Part shown: one piece after another, positions 35,002 to 49,148 of the stretch | Position numbering within the stretch: the first letter of the stretch is position 1 | Layout: every line of letters begins with the position of its first letter | Origin: Vicugna vicugna | Lineage: Eukaryota | Length of the DNA: 64,000 nt | Assembly: GCA_013265495.1 (NCBI GenBank) | Contig: MU058836.1 | Span: 682,001 to 746,000, forward strand | Direction: 5' to 3' | Notes under the pieces: model-generated | Databases searched by the model: none | What the model saw: the letters and a program-made list of their open reading frames with translations, nothing else | What the model was told of the DNA's origin: nothing | Translations under genes and position numbers: made by a program

Positions 35002-38000
35002 GTAAGAGCGGCAGGGAGCGCGGGGCCCGGGACGGGGCGGGGGCGGCCGCGCCAGGAGCCCGCCAGGCCTTAGCAGCGGGCGGCGCGACCGGGCCGTGCG
35101 CGAGGCCCCGGTCTCAGCTCCGAGCAGGGCCGGCGGCGAGCCCGAGCGGGGAGAGCCCCGGGTGCACCCGGGAGGGCTTGGCGAGCGGGGGGGTTCGGGC
35201 CCCGGGCGCGGGGTGAGGCCTGCGGGTTCCGGGCGCGGGCAGGGCCCGGGGTCCCGGCGGGCGTGCGGCCAACCCGACCCTTTGGAGTTGGCTGTGGGCT
35301 TTGTGGCAGGGGTGAGGGGAAGCGGTGGCCGGACGCCGAAGACTTGGTGGCAGATGGCGTGGAGCACACGCCCGCGGGTACAGGAGACCTCGGCCTGGAC
35401 GCTCTCGGCAGTGGGGCCAAAGGGGGAGGGGAGGTCAGGGCCGCCTGGGCGGTGGAGCCGGGCTCTCTGGTGTGGGTGCACAGGTGGGGGAGGGAGATGT
35501 AGGCGTCGCCACGACTCCTGCGTGGATCTGGTCCGGCGCTAAGGTCTAGGAGGTGGTAATCCGAGATAATGAGCCTTAAAAAAAAAAGATATCAGGTTCC
35601 GTCTGCCGCAGAGCAAGAGGTGAGTGGTGAAGGGTGGTGAAAATGCGTTCTTTGCTCCCTTCCCCGCAGAACTGGTAACCCTTCTATTTGCATATATCTT
35701 GAATCGTTTCGCTGCAATTCTCCCGCCACCGAACCCACACCCATATCTAGATTGCACTTTGAGGCCTCTTCGGTGGTGAAGATTGTTGGATTACAACCCT
35801 TCAAATCCAGGCTCAAATTCAACTCCAGACTGATGGGGCCTCTGTCTTGGAACTCTTGAAATTGTAGGAGTTGAAACCCTGCACCCTCCTCCCACCCCCC
35901 AAATAATTGCATTTCAGGAGAGAAAAAAGAAAATAAAAACTTTGACTCTCTTCTCTAAACTCTTGAACCACCTCGAAAGTTCACTTGTTAATAATCCTCA
36001 TGTCTTCTGTGTTCGTGCCTGCAAAAAGCCACTATGTTGAAATCAGTACAACTTTAAGCCAAGATCTAAAAATGCGTTCAGTGTAAACTTACTGCCTATG
36101 TTCTGGAATTGTGATTCTGTACACCGTTAAGGTTGTCATAATGCTTTGTTTAAAGCAACAACTTTCTGCCCATCTGTATTTTTGAAAAAAATAGTTTATT
36201 TTTGGTAGAGATGGAGGCGGGTCATTGGTGTTAATTAAATAAACCTGAACCCCCATTAGTGGCTCTAATTTATTTGCTGTTAAGATTAAGTAGTATTTAA
36301 TTGGTGGTCAATAAATGGAATTGATTATTAATCAATGGATACCTTTGAGTGAAGATACAGTGTTTTACCTGTATCATTTAAACCTAAAGTTTTCTACATT
36401 TTTAATTATTTAAAAAGCATTGTTCCAACCTTTTTGGAATTGTTGCACAAAATGATTTTAGTTCAAGATATTTACTTACATGTATAAGTATGCTGTGTGG
36501 TAAGTTTGTAAACGTGCAGAAGATAATTATAGATGAGGAATTCAGTGTCCTCAGAAGTAACTGACAACACCCTGTGAATTGTTATTATTAACAGAAATCA
36601 AATTCTTCCTGAATATTCCTTTACTGCTTAGTGTATGCTTGTAAGTTAAAGGGGGAAAGTTAAAATGTAGCTGTTTAATGTTTTCAGAGAAAAATTTTCA
36701 TAAAATGTCTGTTTGACTTTGATTTTTTTATAGTGATAAATATTGATGCGGCAGAAACTTTACCAGCTTATATTAACAATCCCAGAATCATTGAAACCTA
36801 AAGGATTTTTTTGTTTGTGAGCATCTGTGGGTTTACTGAAGTTATGTACTAACTTTCTACAGCTCCACTGAAATATTTATGTTCTATAAGATTTGTATAG
36901 CTCTTTAGACATTTTATGCATTTGCTGTCTTACAGCCAGTATTGTACCGATTAACTGTATTTGCTGTTTTCCAGTTTATTTCCAAGGGGATTTACTAAGT
37001 TACATGAATTGTAAAGTTTTAGAAGTATATTTTCAGAAAGCTTGGTTGTTACAGAGTTCTTCAGCTTTTTGTTGCTATTTGTCTGAATATAATTTTGTTG
37101 CTGTTTATATAAATATAAAAACTAGCATTGTTAGTATGGGGTAAGAATTGAAAGCATTTCATTGAGATGTACGACATTTTACATTAAAATGACTTGTAGG
37201 TTTTTATTTTACTGGACCTAAATTTCAGAAATGGGAAAAACAACTATTTTAATTCCATCCTCATAATAATTTCTAAGTTAATATTTTTGGTATAGTATTT
37301 GAGAGTAGAATTCCAATAAGAAGCAATGAAAATCATACAAATATAGGGAGACTGTAAGTGTCCTGTTTATAATTTGTGAAAACTAGATGACCAAGGGTAT
37401 TAAAAATAGAACTAAAGTAAAAGGGAAAAATAAGGACTTTAGTGAGACTTGTAGGGAGATCCACATAAAATGAACAGATTTTAGTCTTTAAAACCTCTAT
37501 TTTGCCAGCTCCAAAGTTTTATTTTTACGTAGAAAGAACTAAGGAAACTTAAGTGATTTGAAATGGCCGATACAGAAACACTTGTGAGCTTGAGATGAGC
37601 AGGAGCTAAAATAAGTGAAAGAGAGGACTGAGAGAGAAGGATCATGGGAGTGATTCATTTGCTGAACAAGTAAATGTTCAGTGAGCTCTGATTGGCAGGA
37701 TGGGAGGAGTATAGGGCCGTGGGGGACCTGTCTGAATCTCCTTGGGAGCCTTATTGACAGTATTAGCTTGGTCAGTGGCTATAGAGTAGGAGATGTACAG
37801 AGTGGAAGAAGCAAGAGCATTTGTTTTTTTAAGGTATTTGTATTTGCTTGAGTTTTTGAGACTTGAAAGTCTTCCTCCCCACCTGTTTTCTTAATGAGTG
37901 AAACATTTTTAACATTGATTGGTTGTTCTGTACCCCTTACTTGACCATTACCATGCACTGCCTTTGGTGTTAATCATTACAAAACAGTCTTTTATTACAG

Positions 38001-38614
38001 TAGTAATATATCTCCTCCTATAAAGGAAGTGGGGAAAAACCTAACAGTAAGTTTGCGATGAGACTTTAAATGCACAAGCTGAAATGTAATTATAAGTGAC
38101 ATCGAAATTGTGTACACATTGGAAGTTTTTGGTAAGAGTTGTAAAGATGCGATAGTTGCAGTTACTATAGATGGTATATTTAGTGTGCTATATAGTAATC
38201 TGCAAAGAACTACCTCCCTTTGTGGTTTATTTGTATAATGGTGATTATGCTATAGAATACTGCTTGAGTGCATTGTATTTGCTAGCCATCATTTACTAGC
38301 AAGTTGTTCCTATTGAGGTTTATTGTATTTTAATATAGTTGTGCTGGAGATAGTTCCCTACTATGGAAGTTTCCTAGATTATTAAAACATTAAGTAGTAA
38401 ATGTATTAAAACACTACCACAGAGATCAAATTAAGGTTTCTTGGCATACTGGTAAAACAAAATACAGGAATTACCTAAGAAATCTGGTATGATTTCTGGC
38501 AGATTTCTGCTGTTTCTGTACGTTGCACGCGATCGGTATTTAATAAAGATCTTTTGAATGAATTAAATACATTGTTTTGGTGAACTGTCAGGTCAGTGAT
38601 CCCTCAGTGTTTGC

Positions 38615-39960
38615 ATGTTGATTCATTTATTTCATATTTGTTGAATACTTAGTAAAAAATAATAGGTCTTGCTGTCAGTGGTGCATACATAGTAGTGAAA
38701 GAAATCAAAAAACAAATTTTAAAAGCCAGATAATGGTGACTTACGTAGAGAATTGAAATAGGGTGAGGTAATGTGATAGTGCATGACTGGGTGGCTACTT
38801 TTAAAGTAACTAGTCACAGAAGGCCTTTCTAAATAAGGTGACATTTAAACTGAGATCTGAATAATGATAAGCACTCAGAGATGGGGAGAGATTTTCTGTA
38901 GGGAAAGACCTTTAAGACTGTGTTTTGGGAATCAAAAAAGGTCTGTATTGCTGATCTAGTAGGTGAGGGGGAAGAGAGGTAAGAGAATAGAGAGTTAGGC
39001 AAGGGGCCAGGACTTGGAGGGCTTTGTGATAAGTGGAGGGTTTTCAAGGTGTAATAGGAAGCCTTTGGGGACTTTTAAGCGGAGGAGAAAAAATGATTTC
39101 TTTCATGATTTGAAAAGGTTACTTGGACTGCAGTGTGGAGAACAGATAGCAGGATGAGCAAGCGTGAAAGCATGGAGACCACAGTTAGTGCGGTAGTTTT
39201 TAAGGAATGACGCTTTGAGCAGGAAGATAGGGATAGGGATACAAAGAGGTGGAAGGATTTGAGATATGTTGGGAGGGGAGGGTTGAGAGAATTTTTTGAT
39301 GGGTTGGTGTGGGGAAAATTGAGAAACCAAAGGTTAAACATAGATTTTGATTGTATAACTTGTGTGAGTGCTTGTGTTCTTTCCTGAGATGTGGAGGGAT
39401 GGGAGAGGAGCAGGTTTGGCGGCTGGGGTGGGAACTCAGGACTTAAGATGCCTATGAAACACTGACACGGAGATGACAAGGAGATTCTTTATGAATTTAG
39501 GTTCCAGAGGGAAATTTGGGCTGGAGTTAGAGATAAGACAATAGGCAGCCTATATATTTGACCTCAATCCATGGGACTGGATGAGATCGTCTCACAGTCT
39601 TTTTCAGTGTTCATTCCTTGAGAAAATTGAGCGCTGATGCCTAAATGAAACTCGGTGAGACTATAATGGAATCAGGCTTAGGGCTGAAACCTGGGAGATC
39701 TAACGTGTGGAGAGTGAGTAAGTCAGTCAAGGAGCAGCCTTTGAGGTGCGAAGTATCCAAGAGAAGAAAAAATCTTTTGAAGCAGAGGAAAGGATTAAAT
39801 GTGTCTACTGCTTGAGAAATGAAGAGACATGATTTGGTTTTGACAACTTGGAGGTCTTTAGTGACCCTCATGAGTAGTCTCCATCGAGTGGTGGGGCTGG
39901 AAGTTAGATCTGAGTGGACTGAGGAATAAATGGAAATGAGAAAGTAGAGATAAGTAGCTG
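38615..39960 (-). mobile_element. L2 in RAD23B intron 1
   Basis: attcatttatttcatatttgttgaatactt tail; ggtgacatttaaactgagatctgaataatga; ggaggtctttagtgaccct. Confidence 0.75.
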
Positions 39961-40534
39961 TGTCCGTATATTGTTAATTATCCTTGATGTTGTCCTTTTT
40001 CCTGATGTAGCGCCTTTAGCTGTGGGTTAAAACCATTTTGAGAATAATCGCAATAATTCTGAGCAACGCAGCATGTGGTGGACATTGTTAAGAAGACACA
40101 CACGAGAATTGTGAAAAAATAGGGAATAGTGTATGTTTTAAAAAGAAGAAATGCAGACCAGCATGATTAGTAACTTGCCTGGGGTCGCAGAGTCAATGGC
40201 CTTGATGGTTTCCAAGTCTGAATGATGCTCTTGCCTATACCGTGACCATTCTATTACTTGATCTCTTACTCAGTGATTTTTCCTTCTGCTGTCCTTCAAT
40301 TATTCAGACGCATGACTAGTAGCTAGCTCTTATCAGTACCATTCACTGTAGCTCTTCCTCTCTATCCACAGTAATCTGTTTTTAGTATCCCACTTTAACT
40401 TCTCTCTAATACCATTTCTAATGAGATTTATAATCCATTTCATCCATACTTCTTTTCACTGACCCTCCTCTCTTGTTATTGCTTCTACTTTTGCCCAGTT
40501 AAAATAGTCAGTGATTATAATCACTCCTTTGCAA

Positions 40535-40780
40535 GGGTCAGTATAGCATATCTCTTGAGCCAGACTGCCTAAGTTTCAACCCTGGCTGTAGCATTTGCTG
40601 TGTGATGTGACCTTGGGTGAGTTACCTAGTTTTGTATCTATTTCCTTATCTGTAAAATTAGGGTACTGCCACTGGAAGTACTAGCCTTACAGGATTGTTC
40701 TGAAGGTTGTATGAGTTTGAGATAATATACATAGCATGCTTGGAGCTGTGGCAGTGCTTGGCAGCATGGTTCCACTCTCA
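40535..40780 (+). mobile_element. MIR
   Basis: gagccagactgcctaagtttcaaccctggct...gtgaccttgggtgagttaccta...ttccttatctgtaaaat. Confidence 0.75.
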
Positions 40781-43700
40781 CAACATTGTTCTTGGAAAAT
40801 CCCAAATATGATTAAATTCAGCTCTTTGTTTGTGCTTGCACCTGTGCAGCTAAAAGGTGAACACATAGCTGCCTTGACTTGTCTCACTTAAACTTGTGAA
40901 CAGTGATCATAATCAGGCCCTTCATACTGCCTGACAGTCATACATTTCACTAGTCCATTCACTCTTCCAGCTGCCATAGGCAGATTTCATAGCATCGCCT
41001 CTTTTTGTTTTCAGCTGATGACTCTACATTTTAGATTTTATTGAGAATATAGAAACAGTTGGGGCAGACCTTTTACAGAGTCCACCCAGAGCTACCTACC
41101 TGCCAGCCTCCTATTATTGTGAGATAGCTATGTCTTGTGGATGGTACAATCTAAAGCCAGTTTCTCCACCTTTCCGCAGGGTCCTATACTCTGTCATTTA
41201 TGAAGGATATCACTCCATCAGCGCTCCTTTTCTGCATCATTGATTTTTCCCATCTAGAGTATCCATACATTTTCCCCATCTTAATAAAACCCTCCCTCAT
41301 CTCCACATTTGGCTACTGCCACATTTCCCTACTCTTACAGCAAAACTTAAGAGGAGCTCTTGAGTCTGTTTCCTTTTCTGAACATCTTGCTCTCTTTCAA
41401 ATACATCATACTATTCCTAAACTACAGGAGAGCTTTCTCCCACTTCGTAGTTGCCCTGTGTTCTTGAGCATAGTACTTAAGTCTCTTTTCTTATTAGTAA
41501 ATTGGGAGTAATAATAATTTATGTGCCTTCCTCATAGAGTTGAAGTGAAAATCAGATGAGTTCATGGATCTGAAAAAATTGTAATGAATTGTGAAATCAG
41601 AAATCTATGAATTTTTAGCAAATCCTGTTTTCATCAGTTTTCCAATTATTTTGATCAATGTTTTCACTATCCTTTTTTTAGAGAAGATTTGTGTGAATGA
41701 GACATCCTTCCCATTTTCTCAGCTTTATGTAATCAGAAACTTCCAATAGTGTTCAGAGCAGTGTTCTGCCATTTTTAGCTTGGAGATTGAGATTATTTGA
41801 AAGATAACGTGTCAAGTTTCTGTTGCTTTTGGAAAGAAATTTGCTATATTTAAGCCTGCCATAGCACAGTGAATCCTACCAAAGGACATCAGAATGTTTG
41901 TTCCCTATACGTTTGAATAAACAAATTCGTTGTGTAGTGTCTCAGAACTAATTTTACAAAGAAAGGAAGTTTATAAACCCTTTAAACATTACGTATACTT
42001 ATTCCAGCAGAGGAAGTAGACCAGCTACAAATGAATGACTAGTATGTAAGAACAGGTCCTAGATGCTTCAACAGGTAGATAAAAATTATTACTTGGCACT
42101 CCCTCTGCCCTCTCCTCCACACACTTCTGGTTGACTTAGGTAGGTGGCTGTTTGATAGTACATTAGATCCACTCTCTGCCTACATAGAAGCTTAAAAATT
42201 TACAAGTAACTTGGTAATTTCCGTTGGTTTTGATCTTGTTGAAACCATACTGTTTGGAGTATGTTTTATAATAGGATAGATTAAATTGGCATAAATAGGT
42301 AGGCTTAGGAGGCTAAATACCAAGTTTCTATGAAAAAAATGGATTCTGGATTTCAAATTATATTTAGTAGCCTTTTGTGTCCTAACCCTGATTGAGAATT
42401 GGTTGCCTTTGTTTACTGTCTAGCCACACGTTATTAATCCTGTAGCCTCAGTTATTGTTTCAGTAAAAAATAATCTCTTGTGTTACATTTTTTTTCATTC
42501 CTTGGGTCCAGTGGGGAGATTTTTCCTGTTACTCTGAACTCAGCTGACATCTTCATAATCAACTCTGTTTTTAGAATTAGCAGAAACCTACTTTGGGAGA
42601 GAGATTTAGGAAATATTTCTTGGTTCCTGCACCAGTTTCTCAGATGGAAGGATACCACCCAAGGAACCAAAAAGAAAAAGGCTTTTCCCTTAGCGTAAAT
42701 GTATGAAATCATTTTGTAAACATATTTGGATTTGGGTTTCTCTTTCCTTTTGCTAATAGTTAATTGCCAAAAGGCTGTGTAATATTAGAGCTACTGTCCA
42801 GAATTTTCTTTTATAATTAAATCTCTTAAATTCAGTATATTCTTTTGTAATATTAATAAGCAGTGGGGAGGGTTCGTCTTTTAACTATTTGTTTTCCCTG
42901 AAATTACTAAAATAATGCAGGCTTGTTACAGTAAATAAAGTGTATAAAGTAAAAAAGTGAAAGGCTTTTAGACCCGTGGTCTAAGTAACCACTCTGGACT
43001 GTATATGCTGCTAGCCGTTTTTTTAAATATGTACATGTAGTGTATAATCACAACAGTATGTTTTTAAAAATCAATTGCTTAGCAACTAGCTTTTGTCTCT
43101 TAAAGATAATTGTAAATATTTCATTCAGTCATTATATGTGCATGCTTTCAGTGAATATCTTTCATACATAGTCACCATTCTTCTTGTATTACATAAGTAT
43201 TCAAATGAGTGCATGAACAGTAACGTATTTTTCCACTTCACCATTGATGGATGTTTTAGGGTTTTCAGCATTACAAGCAGTTGTGCAGTGCACATATTTT
43301 GTTTACGCATCTTTGATGTATTTGCAAGCATCTCTTTAGCATTGATTCCTAGATATGGAGTTACTTGATCAGAGGCTGGCAGATTGCCTCAAAAATACCT
43401 GCATCAGTGCTCACTAATACCAACGGTGTTTGTTATTCTCAAATACCAACTTCCATCTGAGCAACTAGCCAGGATTCCAGTAGAGATCTAGCATGGAATA
43501 AATGAGTTAAGTATTGTGAAGCTCTTTGTACACTGCCTAGCACATGGTAAGTACATAGCAGCCACGAGCTATAACAGTAATAAGGAAAATATGCTGTAGC
43601 ATTGAGGAAGATGGGTCATTATATGAATATTCAGTTGCTAACCTGATCAGCTAGCAGAAGTCCCAGAAATCTTATGCAAAAGTGATGTGTAAAAAGACTT

Positions 43701-44549
43701 ACGTGCAAAACATCATACCACTATGGAGATATAATTTAAAAGATGTTATTTTTATATCTGAAACATACAACTTAAATTCCTTGAGTGGAAACAATGATTA
43801 ATGGTGGTTGGCTTGAACAAGGGTAGTGCCCTGGGGTGCAGTATGGTGTTCACACAGGGAAGTAGTTAGACAGTAAGTTAGAGCCACTAGATGAATGATT
43901 TAATGTGCGGAGTATAAGAGAAGGAAGAAACAAATACCTCCCAAGGGAATGGGATGAAAAAGGATAGTTCATCTGTTTTTGTGTTGGAACTTTTATTTAA
44001 TAGACTATTGTGATTGTCTCCTTTTTGGGGGAAAAAATAAAAGCCCTGTCAACTATGTTTAATATTGAATGTCAACTATGTTTTTCTTTTAAAGTGTGTA
44101 ATTTTATAGGAGTATGTGGCTAGAAAAAAAATTTTTTTTTGAGTGTTAGCCATGCTTTGTGTCTAGTTAGTCATTGATAAACTCTCTTTATCTAGGAGGA
44201 AATTAGCAGCAAACGATAGTTTAGTTCCTGCTTCTTGTTTATTAGCTTGGAGAAGCCTCGTTATTTATTGGGACTGTAGTGCTCAGTTTTAGGTCCATCC
44301 TGTTGAGATGACTCATTGGAAGCAGTGGCACGGGACTCAGCACAGTTAGAGAGGAGTCATAACTACATCGGTTGCTGGACGTAACCTTTCCAAGAGAGAC
44401 TGTGTGCAGAATTGCCACCTTTCCCTTCTTTGCAACATCCAGAAGGAAGACATTTCTTTATAAGTTGTTTTAAAGTGTGCTCAATTTGATTGGGCCAGGG
44501 AAGATTTAGACAAACTAGTCTAGAAACCATCCTTCAGCGAATACATTAT

Positions 44550-45600
44550 GGTTGAAATGCCTATGGGACGTCCAGCGAAGGTGTCAAGTAGAGTTGAATA
44601 TGCAAAACAGAAGGTCAGGAGAGAGCTGGGCTTAGAAGTACAGATGACATCTGAATGGTTTTTAAAACTGGGGGTAAGTGAGATGGATTATCCTGGAAGT
44701 TTATTTAGAGGAAAAGGCAGTGTTGGGCATAAGTCTTAGTAACACTTAAGGGGCTGGCTAAAGAGGATTTCACAAAGGAGTGAACAAAGAGATAGGAGGA
44801 AAACTGGACGAGTTTAGTGTTATGGAAGTCAAAGAAAGTGTGAAAAGGAGAGACAGGTCAGTACTCAGGTGTGACAGAGAGGTCAGGTAAAATAGGGAAG
44901 GGCTGAGAATTGTCTGCTGGTGCTGAATTCTTAATTCCATTAAGACTGATAAGAACAGTCTTAATGGGATTGTGGGAGTAGCACTACCACAGAAAATAAG
45001 CAGCAAGTGGAGAACAGAAATCCATGCTTCGGTTTATCAGGACTGTTGCATTAAGTGTGGGGTTATGAGTAAGTAAAGACAATGTGTAGTTAATTTTTTG
45101 AAAATTTGCTTGAAACTATGGCGAGGAAAGCATAGCTAGCAGGAGATGGATTATGAAGGGGTTTGGTTTTGTTTTTAAGATGATAGAGACCTGGGTCTCT
45201 TTAAGTGTGAATGGAAATGAACTGACTTTGAGGGAGAGGTTGAAAATAAAGCCAGGGCCGGGTTAGGGAACATAATGAATCTAGCAAGGTACTGGAGAAC
45301 ACTAGAGGGAGAGCAGGAATCCGGTTTGAGGAGAGAGATACCTGTCATTTAATAATGGGTTGGAAGAGGATTGAGATTAGGTGGGTCTGGATGCAAAAAA
45401 GTGTGTGTCATTTTGGTGGCAGAAGATTAGAGGTGCGTTCTGGGGATGTCTTCTGTGTCTTGCATGAAGTAGAAAATGGTCATCTGTGGGGAGAAGGGTA
45501 GTGTTGAGATCAGATTTAGAGGAGAGTGCAGGCTCTTGGATAATGGAGGAGAGGGCTAGCCAGGAGAAAGAAAAGATTGAGGATATCTTTCCTTTTCTCC
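44550..45600 (-). mobile_element. Degraded L2
   Basis: Purine-rich L2 antisense text (ggtcaggagagagctgggcttagaag; tagtgttatggaagtcaaag). Confidence 0.55.
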
Positions 45601-47357
45601 AGCAGCATGTAGAAGTCTGAATATAAATGTGGGTAGGTAGTTGGTTAGATATTAAAGATGAGACGTGTTAGCTAATGAGGTAGAAGAGTGTGACACCACA
45701 GAGGGGTTAAAGTAAATTTTATGTTGAGTACTGACAAATAAATTCAGTTGTGTTGGTCTAGATACGGAATTTTGCCTGGTGGGAGCAGCAGAAAGACAAA
45801 GGAGTCTGGGATGTGAGGAAAGTGATAGAAGTAGTGGCATTGTCTAAGCTGCACAGAGCTGACAGTAAGGATCAAAGTCAGAGTCAGGCCCCAGGGACCA
45901 GAATGGTAGTGAGATGCAAGACCAGGTGTGGCGAGCAGTTACTGAGAGAGCTGGTGGGAGTGAGATCTGTACTTACTTATAATTTCACAGAGCAGTTGGG
46001 GTTGATGAGATTCAGCCTGTGTCCTGAATGACGGTGTGTAGATGACTTAAGTGGTTTGGAAGTAAAGATCGTTGGGCTGAGGTTAAGGAACAATGCCAGA
46101 GTTTTGAACAGGTCAGTGAACCTGGTTCCAAAGTCTGATTCACATATTTTCTTTGATTCATTACCCAAGGTGGTTTTGCTGGGTTGAATGTCCCTCTGCC
46201 CAAAAAAAAAAAAAAAAAAGTTGAGGCATTTTGGCATATTGCCCACAAAACGTTTTGTCATTTGATACTCCCATTCTTCATCCTGTATCTCTTCACACTT
46301 AACACCAGAAATTTTTCCAGTCTTTTCCTGTATGATGGTCTACTGGATTAATGTCTGACATTAAAATTTGTGCTTTTGGTTACTAACGAGGTTGAGCTTT
46401 TCTTTTTATTGGTTGTGTTATTGAGTTGCCTGCCCCTGTCATTTGTCCAGTTTCCTTTTGGTACAAGAACCGTTTCCTACCATTTCTCTCAGTTTACTTT
46501 ATTTGCATTTTTCCTTTTGGTATTTGGCTTGTTTATTTGAATCGCCTATTTAGTTTGTCAATTTTGATCTGTGTTTAATGATAAACACGTTTAGTGTTAG
46601 TTCATGAGTACTTTCTTAGCCACATCGTGTAAATGTTGATGTGTGTAGAGTTCTCATTGTTTTGTTCTTAATATTTAACCACAGTTTTGATTTCTTTGAA
46701 GCCAGTGTTGTTTAGTAGTAAATGATTGGAGGTTTTTTTTTGTTATTTGTCCTACTTTCCTTAACTTACAAAGATTTTTGTTTTTTGAGTCCCTCCATTT
46801 TGATATACAAAGTTAGAGTGTGCGTTTTATTTACTTATTTAGGTTTTTGAAAATAGTGAAATAGTCTAAACTTTAAAAATATCTGTGCTGTGAGTCTTGG
46901 AAATAAAAATATAGTCCCTGTAGGATAGAAAAGCACATATATAATTAGGCCTATCTAAATTGCCTACTCATCCTGACCTGCTAAGAACTGAGATTCTTGC
47001 TTATTTTTAAAATTTTATTTCTTTTACCTTTTTCTTCATGTATTTTTTCTTAATTTCCTTTTTTTGTCACATATTTCTATACTATTATTAACTTAGTCAT
47101 TTAGCAAGAGATAATTGAGCACCTGCTATGTGCTAAATCACTGTGTTATGTTCTGAGAACTGGATTCACTCATAGTGACGCATGTGGTCTGTAATTCATT
47201 TGTGATTTTCACCCAGCAATCACATACAAATATTTGCATCTCTTCTCCCTCTCTAAACAAAAAGATGTAAACAGAAGCTTATCATTCACCACAGAATGCT
47301 CTCACCTTGCTCTGCCACCACTCATTTGACTCTGAGCAGTCCATTTAGCATGTAAGA

Positions 47358-47801
47358 TAGCAGTTCTCAAACTTTCGTTTTCAAGACCCTTTCACATTTA
47401 AAAATTATTGAGGGCTCCAAAATAACTTGTGTATATACTTATATTTGTTGTTATTTACTGTATTAGAAATTTAAACTGCGAAGTTACTTGTTTATTTAAA
47501 AATAATAAATCCATTAAGTGTTACAATTAATTTTTTGTGTGAAAACAACAATAACAAAAAGCATCGAGAAGACTGACACTTGTTTTTCAAATCTCTTTCA
47601 TGCTTGACTTAATAGAATAACTGGAGTCTCAGCTGCTTCTGCATTCAGTCTTTCGTGGTACCACATGCCTCTGGAAGACACAGCTGTATACTTGTGAGAA
47701 AATGGGGGTGGGAAAAAAGACGATGTCTTTAGCTCTTGCAGACCACCTACCAGGGTCCTGAGAACCTCTGGGACTCCCTGGATCACACCTTAAGAATCAT
47801 G
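47358..47801. mobile_element. Charlie1-like hAT element
   Basis: Ends tagcagttctcaaact ... cacaccttaagaatcatg; internal gaccctttcacatttaaaaattattgagg. Confidence 0.7.
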
Positions 47802-49066
47802 CTCTAGGTCTTAGCATCCTGTAGCAACACAGGGGCTTAACTGGATGGTCTTTAAAGGTTGCTTTAAAATTTAGGTAGTATGTTTTATTCCCCACCTTTA
47901 TATAGTGGGTTGAGATTCTTGTGATGGATTTCTACTTTGGGGAACATCAGAATAGCAGTGATGGTACTGACTAACTGCAGAAAGGTCAGTATACTGCAGG
48001 GGTGATTTATGAGGCATCTGCAAAATACTCTGCTCTAAAGCTTGGAGTCAGAGAGCTGGTTTTGGGTTTCAGCTACTGCTTAATAGTAGCAGTGTGATTT
48101 GGGGAGGAACCTCCCTTTGTATCCCTGTTCTGTTAAGTTTTCCACTTAAAGCTCAGAAGTATCAACTTAGACAATTTTCAGAAGTATTCTGGGAAATTGA
48201 AGGCAATGAAGTTTCCCTCCGTGATTCTTGGGCCTTTAAAGTAATGAAATTTAGTTCCATTATGTTTCCTTGCCTTTTTTACTCCTGTGCCACCCTACTT
48301 CAGAAATTGATTAGACTTATTTTCCAAATACTTACTAATGAGCCTGTTGTCATGTATCCATAGGAATCAGAAAGACCATAAAGATTGTCTATTCCAGGCC
48401 CTCTTAGTTTATAGATGAGACTGATGCTGAGAAAAACTAGGCTACTTGTTCCAGATCATTTAAGGAATACAGTGGTTCTTAGCCTTGGCTGAATTTTGGA
48501 ACCTAGTGTAAAGCTTTTAAAAAATACTTATGTCCAGACCCTACCCTCAGAAATTATGCTTTAAAATTAATCTTTGTAAAGCCCCCTCAGGTGATTATAA
48601 TGAAACATTAACCGCTTTTAAAGTGAGTAATTTGCCTCTTAACATCCTCATTTAACCTTTGTTATTATTGTAGATGAGACCATTTTATTTCTTAGACCTT
48701 TTAGATTAGAGGGCTTTTCTTTGCTTTCTTACTCTGGGAAATGAGCCACAAACTTTATAATAAGAATCAAAACTTTATGCTGTTGAAACCTTTACTTTGA
48801 ATAGATTTATAAAGTTGACTGGTAAAGGTTTTGTTTTAAAGTATGTATATATAACAGATAGTGATAAAACAAAGTTTATATCTATCATACCTAATAATAT
48901 GGGTTATTAATAATGAGTCTTTTTGGTATAATATTTAAAGGACATCTTTGAAGTTTTTGAAAACATTAGTAATATGTGTTAAAAGTTTTACCTTACATCA
49001 TTTATTCAGATTCTGAATTGTCGTTTGTTGTTTAGACTTTTTCAAAAAAATTTTATTTTCCTCTAG

Positions 49067-49148
49067 GTGAAAGCACTGAAAGAGAAGATAGAATCTGAAA
49101 AAGGGAAAGATGCCTTTCCTGTGGCAGGTCAAAAATTAATTTATGCAG
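49067..49148 (+). CDS. RAD23B: RAD23B coding exon 2 ([28 protein letters not shown])
   Basis: Polypyrimidine tract and acceptor ttttcctctag|GTG; 82 nt; donor GCAG|GTATGA. Continues the UbL domain in frame. Confidence 0.98.

Larger units (their letters stand above)
34060..35560. promoter_or_regulatory. RAD23B: CpG island covering the RAD23B promoter, 5' leader, exon 1 and start of intron 1
   Basis: Abrupt switch to very GC-rich, CpG-dense sequence against CpG-poor flanks. No TATA box is apparent. Confidence 0.95.

Noticed and set aside
34097..35549. Long ORFs on both strands (266 aa and 286 aa on minus; 139 and 148 aa on plus)
   Set aside because: Stop codons are rare in the GC-rich island. 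The products are R/G/P/A-rich with no domain and overlap the real RAD23B exon 1.
44047..44083. 14-bp direct repeat tgtcaactatgttt, plus similar short pairs near 16812 and 54459
   Set aside because: Only two copies each, consistent with local slippage duplication. Not an array and not CRISPR-like.
44320..44460. Possible intronic snoRNA
   Set aside because: I could not identify a convincing C/D or H/ACA box layout with terminal stems; a covariance-model search would be needed.
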